NCBI GenBank assembly: GCA_963708045.1 | Contig: OY970181.1 | Coordinates: 579,740-643,739, forward strand | DNA: 64,000 nt | Reading direction: 5' to 3' | From: an uncultured bacterium | GTDB lineage: Bacteria; Patescibacteriota; Patescibacteriia; CAIQCM01 | Shown here: positions 7,554 to 18,400 of the stretch, piece by piece | Position numbering within the stretch: position 1 is the first letter of the stretch | How the letters are laid out: each line of letters starts with the position of its first letter | Notes under the pieces: model-generated | The model's database searches: none | Told to the model about the DNA's origin: nothing | What the model saw: the letters and a program-made list of their open reading frames with translations, nothing else | Made by a program: the position numbers and the translations under genes

Positions 7554-10500
7554 ATGACAGATGCATTAAAACTGTCGTACGGTGTAATGAAGCGCTCCTT
7601 CACGGTTGCCGTGGTGATTGCGACCATTCTTTGGTCCGTTGCCGCGACTTTTGCCGTTGCCCCTCGCGCCGCTCATGCGGCGACCTCGGGTGACCTCGTG
7701 AAGGGCTCGCTCTCGGCTGTCTACTATGTAGGCTCCGACAGCAAGCGCTACGTTTTCCCGAACGACAAAGTGTACTTTACTTGGTACACCGATTTCTCCA
7801 CGGTTAAGAAAATTTCCGACACTGACTTGGCTGCCCTTACAATCGGCGGCAACGTTACTTACAAGCCAGGTGTAAAAATGGTCAAAATCCAGTCTGATCC
7901 TAAGGTTTACGCCGTCGGTCACGGTGGCGTTCTCCGCCCGATCGCTTCGGAAGCCGCCGCCTCCGCCCTCTACGGCTCCACCTGGAACAAAAAGATTGAC
8001 GATATCTCCGACGCCTTCTTTGTGAACTACACTGTTGGTTCGCAAATTTCGTCCGCTTCGGACTTTGTTATCGCCACTGAACAAGCCAACTCCACCTCAA
8101 TCAATACCGACAAGGGTCTTTCCGGCGCTGGCGCGCTTAACATCTCGCTCGCCTCGGACAACCCAGCTGGTTCAACACTTACCTGCAATGCTTCTGGTGT
8201 TAACTTCCTAAAAGTTAATCTCTCGGGCACGGGTACAGTTACTGGCCTCACCTTCCACCGCATTGGTGCTGGTGTTGCCGCTGACTTTAGCAATGTCTAC
8301 CTTTACGATGGAGACACTCGCTTGACCGTTGGCCGCTCGGTGACTTCTTCCGACAACTCGGTTACGTTCTCTAACTTGAACGTTGCCGTTTCCGGTTCAA
8401 AAGAACTCACTTTGGTTGCTGACCTTGCCGCCCTCACCGCCTCCACCGCAACCCCCCCCTCCGCTTGTGTTGCTCTTGCTGGCGACTCCAACGCTTTTGC
8501 GATCAATGCCGCGACCGATGTTGTTACCAACACGACCGTCGGCGGTACCTTCCCAATTGCGGGCGGTTACTTCTCAATCGCTGCTTCTAAGAGCGGTACG
8601 CTTGCCGTTACTCCGGGTTCTGCTCCGTCCAACCCAAAGGTTGGTCAGCAGGCTGCTGAACTTGCCAGCTTTAAGGTTCAGGCTGGTTCATCCGAAGACG
8701 TGATTCTTCGCCGCATCATTGTGACCAACGCGGGTTCTGCCCAGTTGGCCAACCTTGCTAACCTAAAGATTACGGATGCCGGTACAATCATCGCGCAAAA
8801 CCCGATTATTTCGGGAACGACCGCGACCTTTGTGCTTGCTGTCCCATACACTTTGGGCAAAGGCATTCAACGCACGCTCTCGCTCGTTGGCGACGTCCTC
8901 GCGGCTAACCGCGCTGGCGTTGACACGATCAAGTTCTACATTGACCAGACCTACGACGTCTACGCCACTGGTTCCACTTACGGAATGGGCGTGAACGTGA
9001 CCAACACCTTCACTACGGGCAACTCGCTCAGTATTGATGGCGGTCAGATCACTTATGCGTTTAATGGTCCGACAACCGGCAATATCTCGGTTGGCGCTAA
9101 CGATGCTAATCTCCTCAAGTTCGCGATTACTTCGCAGAACAATATTGAAGTGAAAAGCACGACCGTTCGTCTCACTTTTAGTGCTGACGTTTCGGCCGAT
9201 ATCGCTAATGTCACTGATATTAAAATCAAGAACGCCGACACCGGCGTTGTTGTCGCTGGTCCGTTTGACCTTTCGTCCTGGACTGGTTACACCGATGCTA
9301 CTTTCGTAACCGTAGACGCCACGCCGTCACAATGGTATGCCAAGACGTTCACCGATCGCTACGACGTTTCGTCGGGCAAAACGGTTAACTATGTTGTCTC
9401 GGCTGACATTTTGACCACTGGCACGGGTCTCGCCGCCAAATCCGTTACGGCGACCCTCGCCGCTCGCGTTGGCACCAACATCCGCAATATGGATTCCAAC
9501 CTGGATGTTGCCACAACCGATATCGTCCCGGCCTCTGCCCTCGCTGGCAATCCGCAGACGGTTAGCGCTTCTGGTTTGACCGTTGGTCTTGCGAGCTCGC
9601 CTTCAACAGCGACCGTAACCAAGGGTTCTACCGTTAACGCGGTGGGCATCAACTTTACCGCCGGTTCTGCGTCGGACGTTAAAGTTTCTCAAGTTAAGCT
9701 CTATGCTTACATCAACCTTATTAATGGTGATGAAGTCTTGGGCGTTTCGGATGTTGACAGCACAAGCGCGACTCACTATTCCGCTGACTTGGTTCAATCC
9801 GTTTCCATCTGGGACGGTACGACCCAGCTTGGCACCACGCAGTCGCCTTCGGCTGGTCTTCTGACCTTCTCTAACCTTGCGTGGACTATTCCCGCCGGCA
9901 CCACCAAGACGCTTGTTGCCAAGGTAACTTCCTCCAACAACGCGCCTTATGGAGCTCAAACCAACCACATTGTTATTGACTTAGTTGGTACGGGCGATGA
10001 CAACACCACGTCAGACATCGCCGCGACTGACAAGGACACCAACACTGTCTCGGCGACTTCTACAGCTTGGTCTTCTACACAAAGCCACTTGAACACCACG
10101 GCCGCCAATGACACTGCTTGGGGTACCAACGGCGCTCCAGCTGTTTATGACGACATTGTTGCTTCGGGTTCGCTTACTATGAGCCTTGATGGCGACACAC
10201 CAGTTACTTCCATTGTTACGGCCAACACTAACGACAACTCGGTCACCCGCGTTAAGTTTAACTCGGTGAACGAAGCGTTCTTGGTTACCCGTTTGACTGT
10301 GGAAAACGTTGGTTCTATCGCTTCCAGCCGCTCCATTACTTCCGTCCGCGTCTATGACAAAGATGGAACCTTGGTCTGCTCGGGCGCGCTTGATTCCGCG
10401 AACCGCTTGCGTTGTGCAAACGACGCCGGTCTCTTCACGGTAAATGGTAACCACACGGTTACCATCAAGACCAACCTTGCTCAGGAAGGCTCTGGTACAA

Positions 10501-11621
10501 CCGGCGCCAATTCCGGCGATAAGCCGAAAATGGCCGTCGTTGTTCCACAAGCCGATGATGCCGCTGATGTTTACACCGACGACATTAAGGTCGTTGGCGT
10601 TTCCTCGGGCACGGCTTTGGTTGACACAGACGTTGGCGGCGGTTCTTTGACCGTCTCCGACAACTTGCTTGCAACCAAGATCACCGTCGCCACCACCGAT
10701 ATTTCTGGTGGATCATTCGTAGTCGGTGATACTGTTACTCAGGGTAGCGCTACTGGCCGGATCGTATCGGTCACGGTAGTTTCCACCAACACTGTAATCA
10801 CTGTTGTTGACACTGCCGGCGCCGCGTTCACCGCGAGCGGTACTGATCTTGTTAGCACCTCTTCACCTGTTGCGACGGCCGCCACTGTTGGCGCCGTTGA
10901 CACCACTGTTGTGCTTGTCGGCGCTCAGGGCAATAGCTCGGTTATTCGTAAGACTCAACCGACCGTTGCGACTGTTGCTACATCAACAAATCTTATCAAC
11001 GGCGAACAGACTGTTTACCAATTCTCGGTAACATCCTCTTCCAACGCCGATGTTGCGATTCACCAGTTCAACCTCAATATGTCCCGCTACAGCGTAGCTG
11101 TTAATTCGTACCGTGTCTTTGAAAACGGTGCGCCAATTGACGCTTCGCTTTATCGCGTCTGCTCCGGTACTTCTACCGCCGCCCCTGTCTTTGTGGCCGG
11201 CGTTATGACTACTTGTTCAACAGAAGTGAGCGGAAGCAATATTGATTTGACGACCGTTGCTGGTATCGCCACGGGTGATACAACTAAGATTATCTCGGTT
11301 GTCTTTGGCACTGAACGTACGATTGCCGCCGGTACCACCAAGACCTATGCCATCAAGGCTACGGTTTCTGGAGCTATCTCGGGCGATTCATTGAGCCACG
11401 TTATGTCGGATGATGCGACGGAAACCAGCATTTCGGGCGCCAATACCGGCAATCTTGTGAACGTTGTTGCTGCCGCTGCTCCGAACTTCGTTTGGTCCGA
11501 CACCTCGGCTGATTCCCACAACACTGGGACGGCTGCCACTTTTGCCTCCTCTTCAACCGACTGGACCAATGGTTACTTGGTTAAAACCTTGCCAACCTCG
11601 TCTCAAACGCTTTCTCTCTAA
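7554..11621 (+). CDS. Very large secreted surface (S-layer-like) protein
   Basis: 1355 aa, signal peptide (..AAHA), Thr/Ser/Ala/Val-rich beta domains, strongly biased codons, N-terminal GDLVKG..VYY..KRYVFPN..KIQSDPKVY module, C-terminal DWTNGYLVKTLP. Confidence 0.8.
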   Translation: MTDALKLSYGVMKRSFTVAVVIATILWSVAATFAVAPRAAHAATSGDLVKGSLSAVYYVGSDSKRYVFPNDKVYFTWYTDFSTVKKISDTDLAALTIGGNVTYKPGVKMVKIQSDPKVYAVGHGGVLRPIASEAAASALYGSTWNKKIDDISDAFFVNYTVGSQISSASDFVIATEQANSTSINTDKGLSGAGALNISLASDNPAGSTLTCNASGVNFLKVNLSGTGTVTGLTFHRIGAGVAADFSNVYLYDGDTRLTVGRSVTSSDNSVTFSNLNVAVSGSKELTLVADLAALTASTATPPSACVALAGDSNAFAINAATDVVTNTTVGGTFPIAGGYFSIAASKSGTLAVTPGSAPSNPKVGQQAAELASFKVQAGSSEDVILRRIIVTNAGSAQLANLANLKITDAGTIIAQNPIISGTTATFVLAVPYTLGKGIQRTLSLVGDVLAANRAGVDTIKFYIDQTYDVYATGSTYGMGVNVTNTFTTGNSLSIDGGQITYAFNGPTTGNISVGANDANLLKFAITSQNNIEVKSTTVRLTFSADVSADIANVTDIKIKNADTGVVVAGPFDLSSWTGYTDATFVTVDATPSQWYAKTFTDRYDVSSGKTVNYVVSADILTTGTGLAAKSVTATLAARVGTNIRNMDSNLDVATTDIVPASALAGNPQTVSASGLTVGLASSPSTATVTKGSTVNAVGINFTAGSASDVKVSQVKLYAYINLINGDEVLGVSDVDSTSATHYSADLVQSVSIWDGTTQLGTTQSPSAGLLTFSNLAWTIPAGTTKTLVAKVTSSNNAPYGAQTNHIVIDLVGTGDDNTTSDIAATDKDTNTVSATSTAWSSTQSHLNTTAANDTAWGTNGAPAVYDDIVASGSLTMSLDGDTPVTSIVTANTNDNSVTRVKFNSVNEAFLVTRLTVENVGSIASSRSITSVRVYDKDGTLVCSGALDSANRLRCANDAGLFTVNGNHTVTIKTNLAQEGSGTTGANSGDKPKMAVVVPQADDAADVYTDDIKVVGVSSGTALVDTDVGGGSLTVSDNLLATKITVATTDISGGSFVVGDTVTQGSATGRIVSVTVVSTNTVITVVDTAGAAFTASGTDLVSTSSPVATAATVGAVDTTVVLVGAQGNSSVIRKTQPTVATVATSTNLINGEQTVYQFSVTSSSNADVAIHQFNLNMSRYSVAVNSYRVFENGAPIDASLYRVCSGTSTAAPVFVAGVMTTCSTEVSGSNIDLTTVAGIATGDTTKIISVVFGTERTIAAGTTKTYAIKATVSGAISGDSLSHVMSDDATETSISGANTGNLVNVVAAAAPNFVWSDTSADSHNTGTAATFASSSTDWTNGYLVKTLPTSSQTLSL

Positions 11622-11715
11622 TCATTTGATTAGCTAAGTTAAAAGCGTAATTAACTTTTGACTTAAGAAAGCGAAGTTTGACGCGATGACCTAAAAAGCA
11701 TCGTTACCAAACGGC

Positions 11716-11747
11716 AAACCCCTCCGATGATACATCGGAGGGGTTTT
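11716..11747 (+). terminator. Intrinsic terminator
   Basis: aaacccctccgatg-ata-catcggaggggtttt. Confidence 0.85.
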
Positions 11748-11753
11748 GCGTTA

Positions 11754-11797
11754 TTTACACCCTCCCCCGAGTGCGGGGGAGGGGTTGGGGGAGAGGG
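11754..11797 (+). repeat. REP-like GC-rich palindromic repeat, left copy
   Basis: tttacaccctcccccgagtgcgggggaggggttgggggagaggg; 43/44 identical to 12262-12305. Confidence 0.9.
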
Positions 11798-11829
11798 CAA
11801 CTCGTCTAATGGATGTTATAATAATTTCT

Positions 11830-12186
11830 ATGGCACCGATAATAAATACCAATAAATTATTGTCTCGTCGTCGTGATTTGCGCAAAAATCAAACAGAAGC
11901 TGAAAGATTATTTTGGGAAAAAGTAAGATGCGAAAGGTTTTTTGGTCTAAAGTTTAAACGTCAATACAGCGTCGGGTCGTATATTTTAGATTTTTATTGC
12001 CGTGAAAAAAATTTGGCGATTGAAATTGATGGTTCCCAACATATTAAAAATGCTGACTATGATAAAGAGCGAACTTTGTATTTAGAAAATTTTGGGCTTA
12101 CCGTTTTACGTTTTTGGAATAATGAAGTTATGAATAATATGGATGGAGTTTTGGAGGCGATACGGATTAAACTAGAAATTGAATAA
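11830..12186 (+). CDS. DUF559 / Vsr-like (very-short-patch) endonuclease-domain protein
   Basis: RRDLRKNQTEAERLFW..KFKRQYSVGSYILDFYC..LAIEIDGSQH..DKERTLYLE..G..VLRFWN. AT-rich; TGnTATAAT just before ATG 11830. The ORF-track extension is translated repeat. Confidence 0.92.
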   Translation: MAPIINTNKLLSRRRDLRKNQTEAERLFWEKVRCERFFGLKFKRQYSVGSYILDFYCREKNLAIEIDGSQHIKNADYDKERTLYLENFGLTVLRFWNNEVMNNMDGVLEAIRIKLEIE

Positions 12187-12209
12187 AGTAAACATACTCC
12201 GCCACGCAA

Positions 12210-12305
12210 CCCTCACCCGGCCTTCGGCCACCCTCTCCCACACTTGGGCGAGGGTTTTACGTTTACACCCTCCCCCGAGTGCGGGGGAGGGGCTGGGGGA
12301 GAGGG
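12210..12305. repeat. REP-like palindromes, right side (inverted variant 12210-12254 plus direct copy 12262-12305)
   Basis: ccctcacccggccttcggccaccctctcccacacttgggcgaggg followed by a copy of 11754-11797. Confidence 0.88.
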
Positions 12306-12373
12306 TGTCGTTGGTGGTGTATACCCAAAATAATTGTGGATAACTAGAAAAATATTTAATTCTTAAAAAGGAG

Positions 12374-12469
12374 TATAATAATAATCGGACAAGTTGAAGT
12401 CCGTAAAAATTTATATTTTATCCGCGGGATTAACCGCGATCAATTTTAAATCTTAAATAAAAAAGATTT
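12374..12469 (+). promoter_or_regulatory. Promoter -10 plus conserved three-hairpin 5' leader
   Basis: TATAAT 12374; cggac..gtccg; cgcgggattaaccgcg; taaatctt..aagattta-ATG. Parallel to 15324-15414. Confidence 0.65.
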
Positions 12470-14893
12470 ATGAATGTTCTTCTAAATAATACGGCAAAGG
12501 TAACCTCGCGGGTTGCTTTTTCTGTAATGGCCATTGCGTTGGCTGTTTTATTTCTCTCCGGCATTAAGCCGGCATTAGCCCTATCTGGCGAAGGCGCGGC
12601 GACCATTGCCGACACTACCGGAACTCCGGGTGTTGAACCGGCAGCCGCGGGCGTTACTGCCGAACGTGCGGTATCCGACGTATTCACAATCGTCTTAACG
12701 GTCGGTGCAAGTGGAATTGCCATAGATGCCGCTAATCCGATTTTTACCATCCCGACCGGTTTTACCGCTCCACAGGCGGCGCCGGAAGCTGCTCTTTTAG
12801 ACGTTGATGTTGATGGTGAGTGGTTTGTTGTCGGTGCTGGCGACTCTTGTTCGGTCAATCTGGCGGGGACCACAAACGCTACTGGACAGATGCTTTCGCT
12901 TGATGTTGACGGGGCGTGTGTTACGACCAATACCATCACCGTTACTTACAAAGGGACATCGTCCACTGTAATGACTGCTGCGCCGGTCGTAATAATTACC
13001 GATGATACATCTGGCCCACCTGATCCAGTGGCAATCACTGCACCGCCAACAATCACGGTAAGCGACACGGTTGCTCCAACTGCAACCGATGCCCCAACCG
13101 CCGCCGCTGGTGCGGTTATTAACGATGCCGAAGAAGCTGCCGGTGTTGCCGTTGTTGTCCCACTTGGTACAAGTGGTGCGATTGCGGGCGATACGCTGGC
13201 TTTGTATCTTGGTGGCTCGGCTTTCCCAACACCTTTAACCCACGTTCTTACGGGTGGTGAAATTACGGCAACTGAATATACATTTACCGTTGCATCTGGT
13301 CAACTTGGCGCTGACGGCGCCGGAAAGAGTATCACCGCGTTGGTAACTGATGCCGCCGGTAATCCGGGTACAGCGAGCGCCGCCCTTGTCCTTTCTTTGG
13401 ACACGGTTGCGCCGGTTATTTCCGCGGTTACTCCTTTAACTGGAACATCTAACAACGCCGCACGAACGGTTGGTTATACTTTTGGCGAAGCGGCAGTTGC
13501 CGATGCTGGCACAAAAATATCCTTTATCCGCACTGGTGGCACGGCTGACACGCAAGGAACACATATCTATCTCTTAACTGGCGCTGAATTAACCGCGGCG
13601 GCACATACGATCGCGATTTCGGTTTTAAACGCCGATGCCGTTTCTTTTGCCTTAACTAACGCTTTGGTTGATGGTGCAATTTATACAACTACGATTGACG
13701 CCAAAGATGCCGCCGGTAACGCTTCCACAACAATAACAACATTGCTTGTTACCTATGACACTACGCCGCCAGCAACACCGGTTTCGAGTATTGCTGCGGG
13801 TACTTATCCAAGGTCTCAAAACGTTGCTCTGACCTCAACCGGTTCCAGCTCTATTCGTTACACGGTAAACGGCGATGCGATTGCTGATTGTTCTGCCGGC
13901 ACTCTTTTCGCCGATTACGTCGTTGTTTCTTCATCGCAAACGGTTAAAGCCCGCGGTTGCGATAGCGCCGGAAATATTTCCGTCGCAACAATGTCCACTG
14001 CCTATGTCATTACTAATGGTACAAGCGGCGGTAGTGGTGGATCAACCTATGTTCCGCCTCCAGTAGTTAACGTAATCTCGCCAAACGGCGGCGCGAGTTA
14101 CGCGCCAGGTTCCGTAGTCAGTGTTTCTTGGACTTCTGGCGATGGTGCTTTCGCTAAATATAATGTTTCTTACTCAGACAACAACGGCGCCACCTGGACG
14201 GTGATCGCGAGCAATGTAATCTCCACTAACGCGAGCTGGATAATGCCAAATACCGCCACAACTACGGCCAAGGTTAAAGTTGATGGTTACAATTCAACCG
14301 GTTCGCTTCTTGCTTCTGATTCTTCCAATAGCGTCTTTACAATTACCGGCACTGGCGCTCCGGCCGAAACTCCGGTTGTGCCGGAAACTCCAGCAACTCC
14401 CGCGCCAGTCGTTGACCCGACAGTTAGCGGCTCGTATAACGCCGCCGATGCCAAAAACAACAACCCGACAATCAAGGACGATAAGGGTATTGTCGCCGTT
14501 CCTGCCGGGACAACGGTTTATTGCACCGCCGGAACGCTCATTAAAGGCTCGCTCTCATCGGTTTACTACTGCGGCGCCGATGGCAAGCGTTATGTCTTCG
14601 TGAACGACAAGGCATACTTTACCTGGTACAGCGACTTTACCACGGTTAAAACCATTTCCGACGCCGATATGGCGATGATCCCGCTTGGTGGCAACATCAC
14701 TTATCGCCCAGGCACGAGAATGGTCAAAATTCAATCGGACCCCAAAGTTTATGCCATCTCACGTGGTGGAACTTTGCGCTGGGTTAGCTCCGAAGCAATT
14801 GCCGTGCAACTCTTTGGCGCCGACTGGGCCAAGATGATTGATGATGTTTCTGACGCTTTCTTTGTGAACTACAAAATTGGCGCTCAGATCTAA
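12470..14893 (+). CDS. Secreted Ig-like-repeat surface protein with C-terminal shared CPR module
   Basis: 807 aa; signal peptide; DTVAP/DAAGN Big-type domains, a chitobiase-C/Fn3-associated domain (IRYTVNG), Pro/Thr linker; the last ~120 aa match the N-terminal module of 7554..11621. Confidence 0.8.
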   Translation: MNVLLNNTAKVTSRVAFSVMAIALAVLFLSGIKPALALSGEGAATIADTTGTPGVEPAAAGVTAERAVSDVFTIVLTVGASGIAIDAANPIFTIPTGFTAPQAAPEAALLDVDVDGEWFVVGAGDSCSVNLAGTTNATGQMLSLDVDGACVTTNTITVTYKGTSSTVMTAAPVVIITDDTSGPPDPVAITAPPTITVSDTVAPTATDAPTAAAGAVINDAEEAAGVAVVVPLGTSGAIAGDTLALYLGGSAFPTPLTHVLTGGEITATEYTFTVASGQLGADGAGKSITALVTDAAGNPGTASAALVLSLDTVAPVISAVTPLTGTSNNAARTVGYTFGEAAVADAGTKISFIRTGGTADTQGTHIYLLTGAELTAAAHTIAISVLNADAVSFALTNALVDGAIYTTTIDAKDAAGNASTTITTLLVTYDTTPPATPVSSIAAGTYPRSQNVALTSTGSSSIRYTVNGDAIADCSAGTLFADYVVVSSSQTVKARGCDSAGNISVATMSTAYVITNGTSGGSGGSTYVPPPVVNVISPNGGASYAPGSVVSVSWTSGDGAFAKYNVSYSDNNGATWTVIASNVISTNASWIMPNTATTTAKVKVDGYNSTGSLLASDSSNSVFTITGTGAPAETPVVPETPATPAPVVDPTVSGSYNAADAKNNNPTIKDDKGIVAVPAGTTVYCTAGTLIKGSLSSVYYCGADGKRYVFVNDKAYFTWYSDFTTVKTISDADMAMIPLGGNITYRPGTRMVKIQSDPKVYAISRGGTLRWVSSEAIAVQLFGADWAKMIDDVSDAFFVNYKIGAQI

Positions 14894-14918
14894 GTAGAAG
14901 ACAGAAAATAAAAAATTA

Positions 14919-14950
14919 AAAACACCTCCGATTAATTTCGGGGGTGTTTT
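14919..14950 (+). terminator. Intrinsic terminator
   Basis: aaaacacctccga-ttaatt-tcgggggtgtttt. Confidence 0.8.
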
Positions 14951-14956
14951 GTTTTT

Positions 14957-15279
14957 ACCCTCGCCCGAGTGCGGGAGAGGGGAGTTCGTTTCGCCGTAAA
15001 TAACTTTAACGTAATAATACAGAACTCTCCCCACCCTCCCTTTTACCAAAGGGAGGACTAAGACTTTTTGCGCTTTGTCACTTTCTTTGTAAAAAAGATT
15101 TAATTTGAGAATTTTGTATTTGCCCCTTCTTTGCATAATAGCAGGGTTTTATCTGTAACCAGTCTTAGTCCACTCTTTGCAAAAGAGGGGGTAGGGGGAG
15201 TTCGTTTCGCCGTAAATAACTTTAACGTAATAATACAGAACTCTCCCCACCCTCCCTTTTACCAAAGGGAGGACTAAGA
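14957..15279. repeat. REPIN/BIME-like cluster: 85-bp exact direct repeat with alternating inverted palindromes
   Basis: 14979-15063 = 15195-15279; 15161-15203 is an imperfect reverse complement of 15022-15065; 14958-14982 resembles the repeats around the DUF559 gene. Confidence 0.9.
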
Positions 15280-15323
15280 TTGTTGTTGAATATTTGTTAA
15301 TAACAATTGTGTTCTAAAAGTGG

Positions 15324-15414
15324 TATAATAAAAAACCGGACAAAAAGTCCGTGAAATTAAATTTAAAACAGGGGATAAATCCCTGAATGATTTTAAATCT
15401 TAAGAAAAAGATTT
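15324..15414 (+). promoter_or_regulatory. Promoter -10 plus conserved three-hairpin 5' leader (second copy)
   Basis: TATAAT 15324; cggac..gtccg; caggggataaatccctg; taaatctt..aagattta-ATG. Confidence 0.65.
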
Positions 15415-18400
15415 ATGAACGCAGTTTCAAAATTAAAATTTTTTAGCGCTAACCACAAGGGGTTGGTTTTTGCTTTTTGTTTTGTTGTGGCCGTGCTTGC
15501 CTTTGTTGCCCTGCCGACGCATAAGGCAATGGCGGCGAACGGCGACATCGTTGTCAATGTTAAAGAAGAGCTGGGAAGCAATCTTGCTGGCGCGACAGTT
15601 GAAATTAATTGTAGCGGCGGCAGTTTTGTGGCCAACGTCGCCCCGACTGACGCTTCAGGTAATGTGACTTTTTTGGTGGCTGACCTTGGTGATTCTGGCG
15701 GCGCGACTCTTTATCACACGGCCGATTGCGACACTAATGCCGAGAGTATCACTTATCGTGTGTCCAAAGATGGATACGTTACTCAAACTACCGGTGGTGC
15801 TGACACATATTTAACGGGAGCCGAAACCGACAAAAATATCACCGGTGTTCAGTTCGCCTACAAACTCACAGCTGTCACAACCGAAGGACCGGGGACAAAT
15901 ATCACAGCGACACTTTCTTCGCTGGCGGTTGGCGCTTCTGGTGCAACCGACGCCTGTACTTTAAATGGCGGCGCTTGGTATTGTCCGGTAACACTCGCCC
16001 ATAGCGTGGGGCCGCTCATTGGCGTGCCAACGCAAGATGGTTATGTACAAGCCAATTACAATTTAGTTACTGGCACAACGCGTAGCGCTAACGCCGACGC
16101 GCAAGTTTCGGACACAATCAGCACGGTTCGTTTTTCCTATAAAATAACATCGGCGACGAGCGAAATCGGCACTAACATCACGGCAATTTTGACAACACTG
16201 AGAGTTGGCGACGATACGGCCACGAACGCTTGCACTTTCTCGGTTGACGCTTGGTATTGTCCAGTCATTCTCGCCAATAGCAACGGTACGCTTAAGGCCG
16301 ACCCAGTTAAAGAAGGTTATGTTCAAGCTGACCACAATTTGGTTCTGGGCACAACGCGCGTCGCGAGCTCTGACGCTCAAATAACTGATTCTTTCACTGG
16401 TGTTCAATATGCATACAAAATAACCTCTGCAACTTCTGAAGCTTTAGCAGTCAATCTTATTTCTACATTAAGCGCGCTTGCCGTTGGTGACGCGACCGCG
16501 ACCAACGCTTGTGAAACCTCGGGTGGCGCTTGGTACTGTCCGGTTGTTCTCGCAAATAGCGACGGCACGCTTCTTGGAGTTCCTACTCAAGACGGCTATG
16601 TGCAAACAAATTACAATTTGGTAATCGGTACAACTCGTGTTGCTAATAATGCATTGCAGATATCGGACACGATCGTTAATGTTCAATACGCTTACAAAAT
16701 TACTTCCGTTACAACCGAAGGCCCAGGCACCGAGCTCCGAGCCACCTTGTCTTCGCTCACGGTTGGCGATGATACCGCCAAAACCGCCTGTGCATTAAAC
16801 GGCACGACTTGGTATTGCCCGGTTATCCTTGCGAACAGCAATGGCACACTTGTCGGCGTGCCAACGCAAGACGGGTACGTATCGGGTGATGATAATTTGG
16901 TAATTGGTACAACGCGCGTTCTTAATACGGCGGCGCAAGTTTCGGACACAATTAGCACCGTTCGGTTTGCTTATAAAATAACCGCGGTTACGGCTGAGGG
17001 TCCGGGAACAAATATTACTGCGACACTGGTTTCGCTTGCAGTTGGCGACGATACAGCTACGACACTTTGTACTTTCAATGTTGCGACTTGGTATTGTCCG
17101 GTTATTCTTGCAAATAGCGATGGTACATTAATTAGTATCCCGATCAAAGACGGTTATGTGCAGGCTAATTATAATTTGGTTCTAGGCACGACGCGTCTTA
17201 CGGCCGCTGCGGCGCAAGTTTCAGATACAGTAACTGGTGTTAGATTTTCTTATAAAATCACTTCGGCGACGAGCGAAATCGGCACCAATATTACCGCAAT
17301 TCTTACGACGCTCGCGGTTGGCGACGATACGACAACAAACGCCTGTGCATTCTCGGTTGATGCTTGGTATTGTCCAGTCGTACTCGCGAACAGCAATGGC
17401 ACGCTAAAAGCCGATCCGGTTAAAGAAGGCTATGTTCAAGCCGACCATAATTTAGTTCTAGGCACAACGCGTCTTGCTAATCTAGACGCTCAAATTGTTG
17501 ATTCGTTTACTGGTGTTCAGTTTGCTTACAAAATCACTTCCGTAACTGCCGAAGGTCCTGGCACCAACCTTACCGCCACCCTCGCTGGTTTAGTTGTTGG
17601 TGATGTTACGGGAACCGATACCTGTATTTTAAACGGCGGCGCTTGGTACTGCCCAGTTGTTCTCGCAAATAGCGACGGCACACTTCTCGGCGTGCCAACG
17701 CAAGATGGTTATGTGGCGGCAAATAATAATTTAGTGATTGGTACGACTCGTGGCACAAATGCTGCCGCCCAAGTTTCTGACACAATTACTGGTGTTGATT
17801 TCGCTTACAAAATCACCGCCGTTACCACCGAAGGGCCTGGTACCAACCTTACAGCGACACTTTCTTCGCTCGTGGTTGGTGACGATACTGGTACAACGGC
17901 CTGTGCTCTTAACGGTGGTGCTTGGTATTGTCCGGTTTTGCTTGCAAATAGCGACGGCACGCTTATCGGCGTGCCAACGCAAGATGGTTACGTCGCGGCT
18001 AATAACAATTTAGTGATTGGCACGACGCGTATTACTAACGCTGCGGCGCAAGTTTCTGACACGATTAGCACGGTTAAATTCTCATACAAACTTACAGCCA
18101 TTACCACCGAAGGGCCTGGTACCAACCTTACAGCGACACTTTCTTCGCTCGTGGTTGGTGACGTGACGGGAACCAACGCTTGTATTTTAAATGGTGGCGC
18201 TTGGTATTGTCCGGTTTTGCTCGCGAATAGCGACGGTACGCTTATCGGCAATTTGGTTGAAGACGGTTATGTGCAGGCAAACTATAATTTGGTTAATGGC
18301 ACAACGCGCGCCGCGGCCGGCGATCCACAGCGCACTGAAACTATTAACACGGTTCAATTCGCTTATAAAATTACAGGAGCGACGACAGAAATTAGCACCG

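Noticed and set aside
12335-12343. Replication origin suggested by a perfect DnaA box
   Set aside because: Single box, with no cluster and no dnaA/dnaN nearby.
14957-15279. CRISPR array or mini-array
   Set aside because: The duplicated unit includes its 'spacer', units alternate in orientation, and no cas genes are present.
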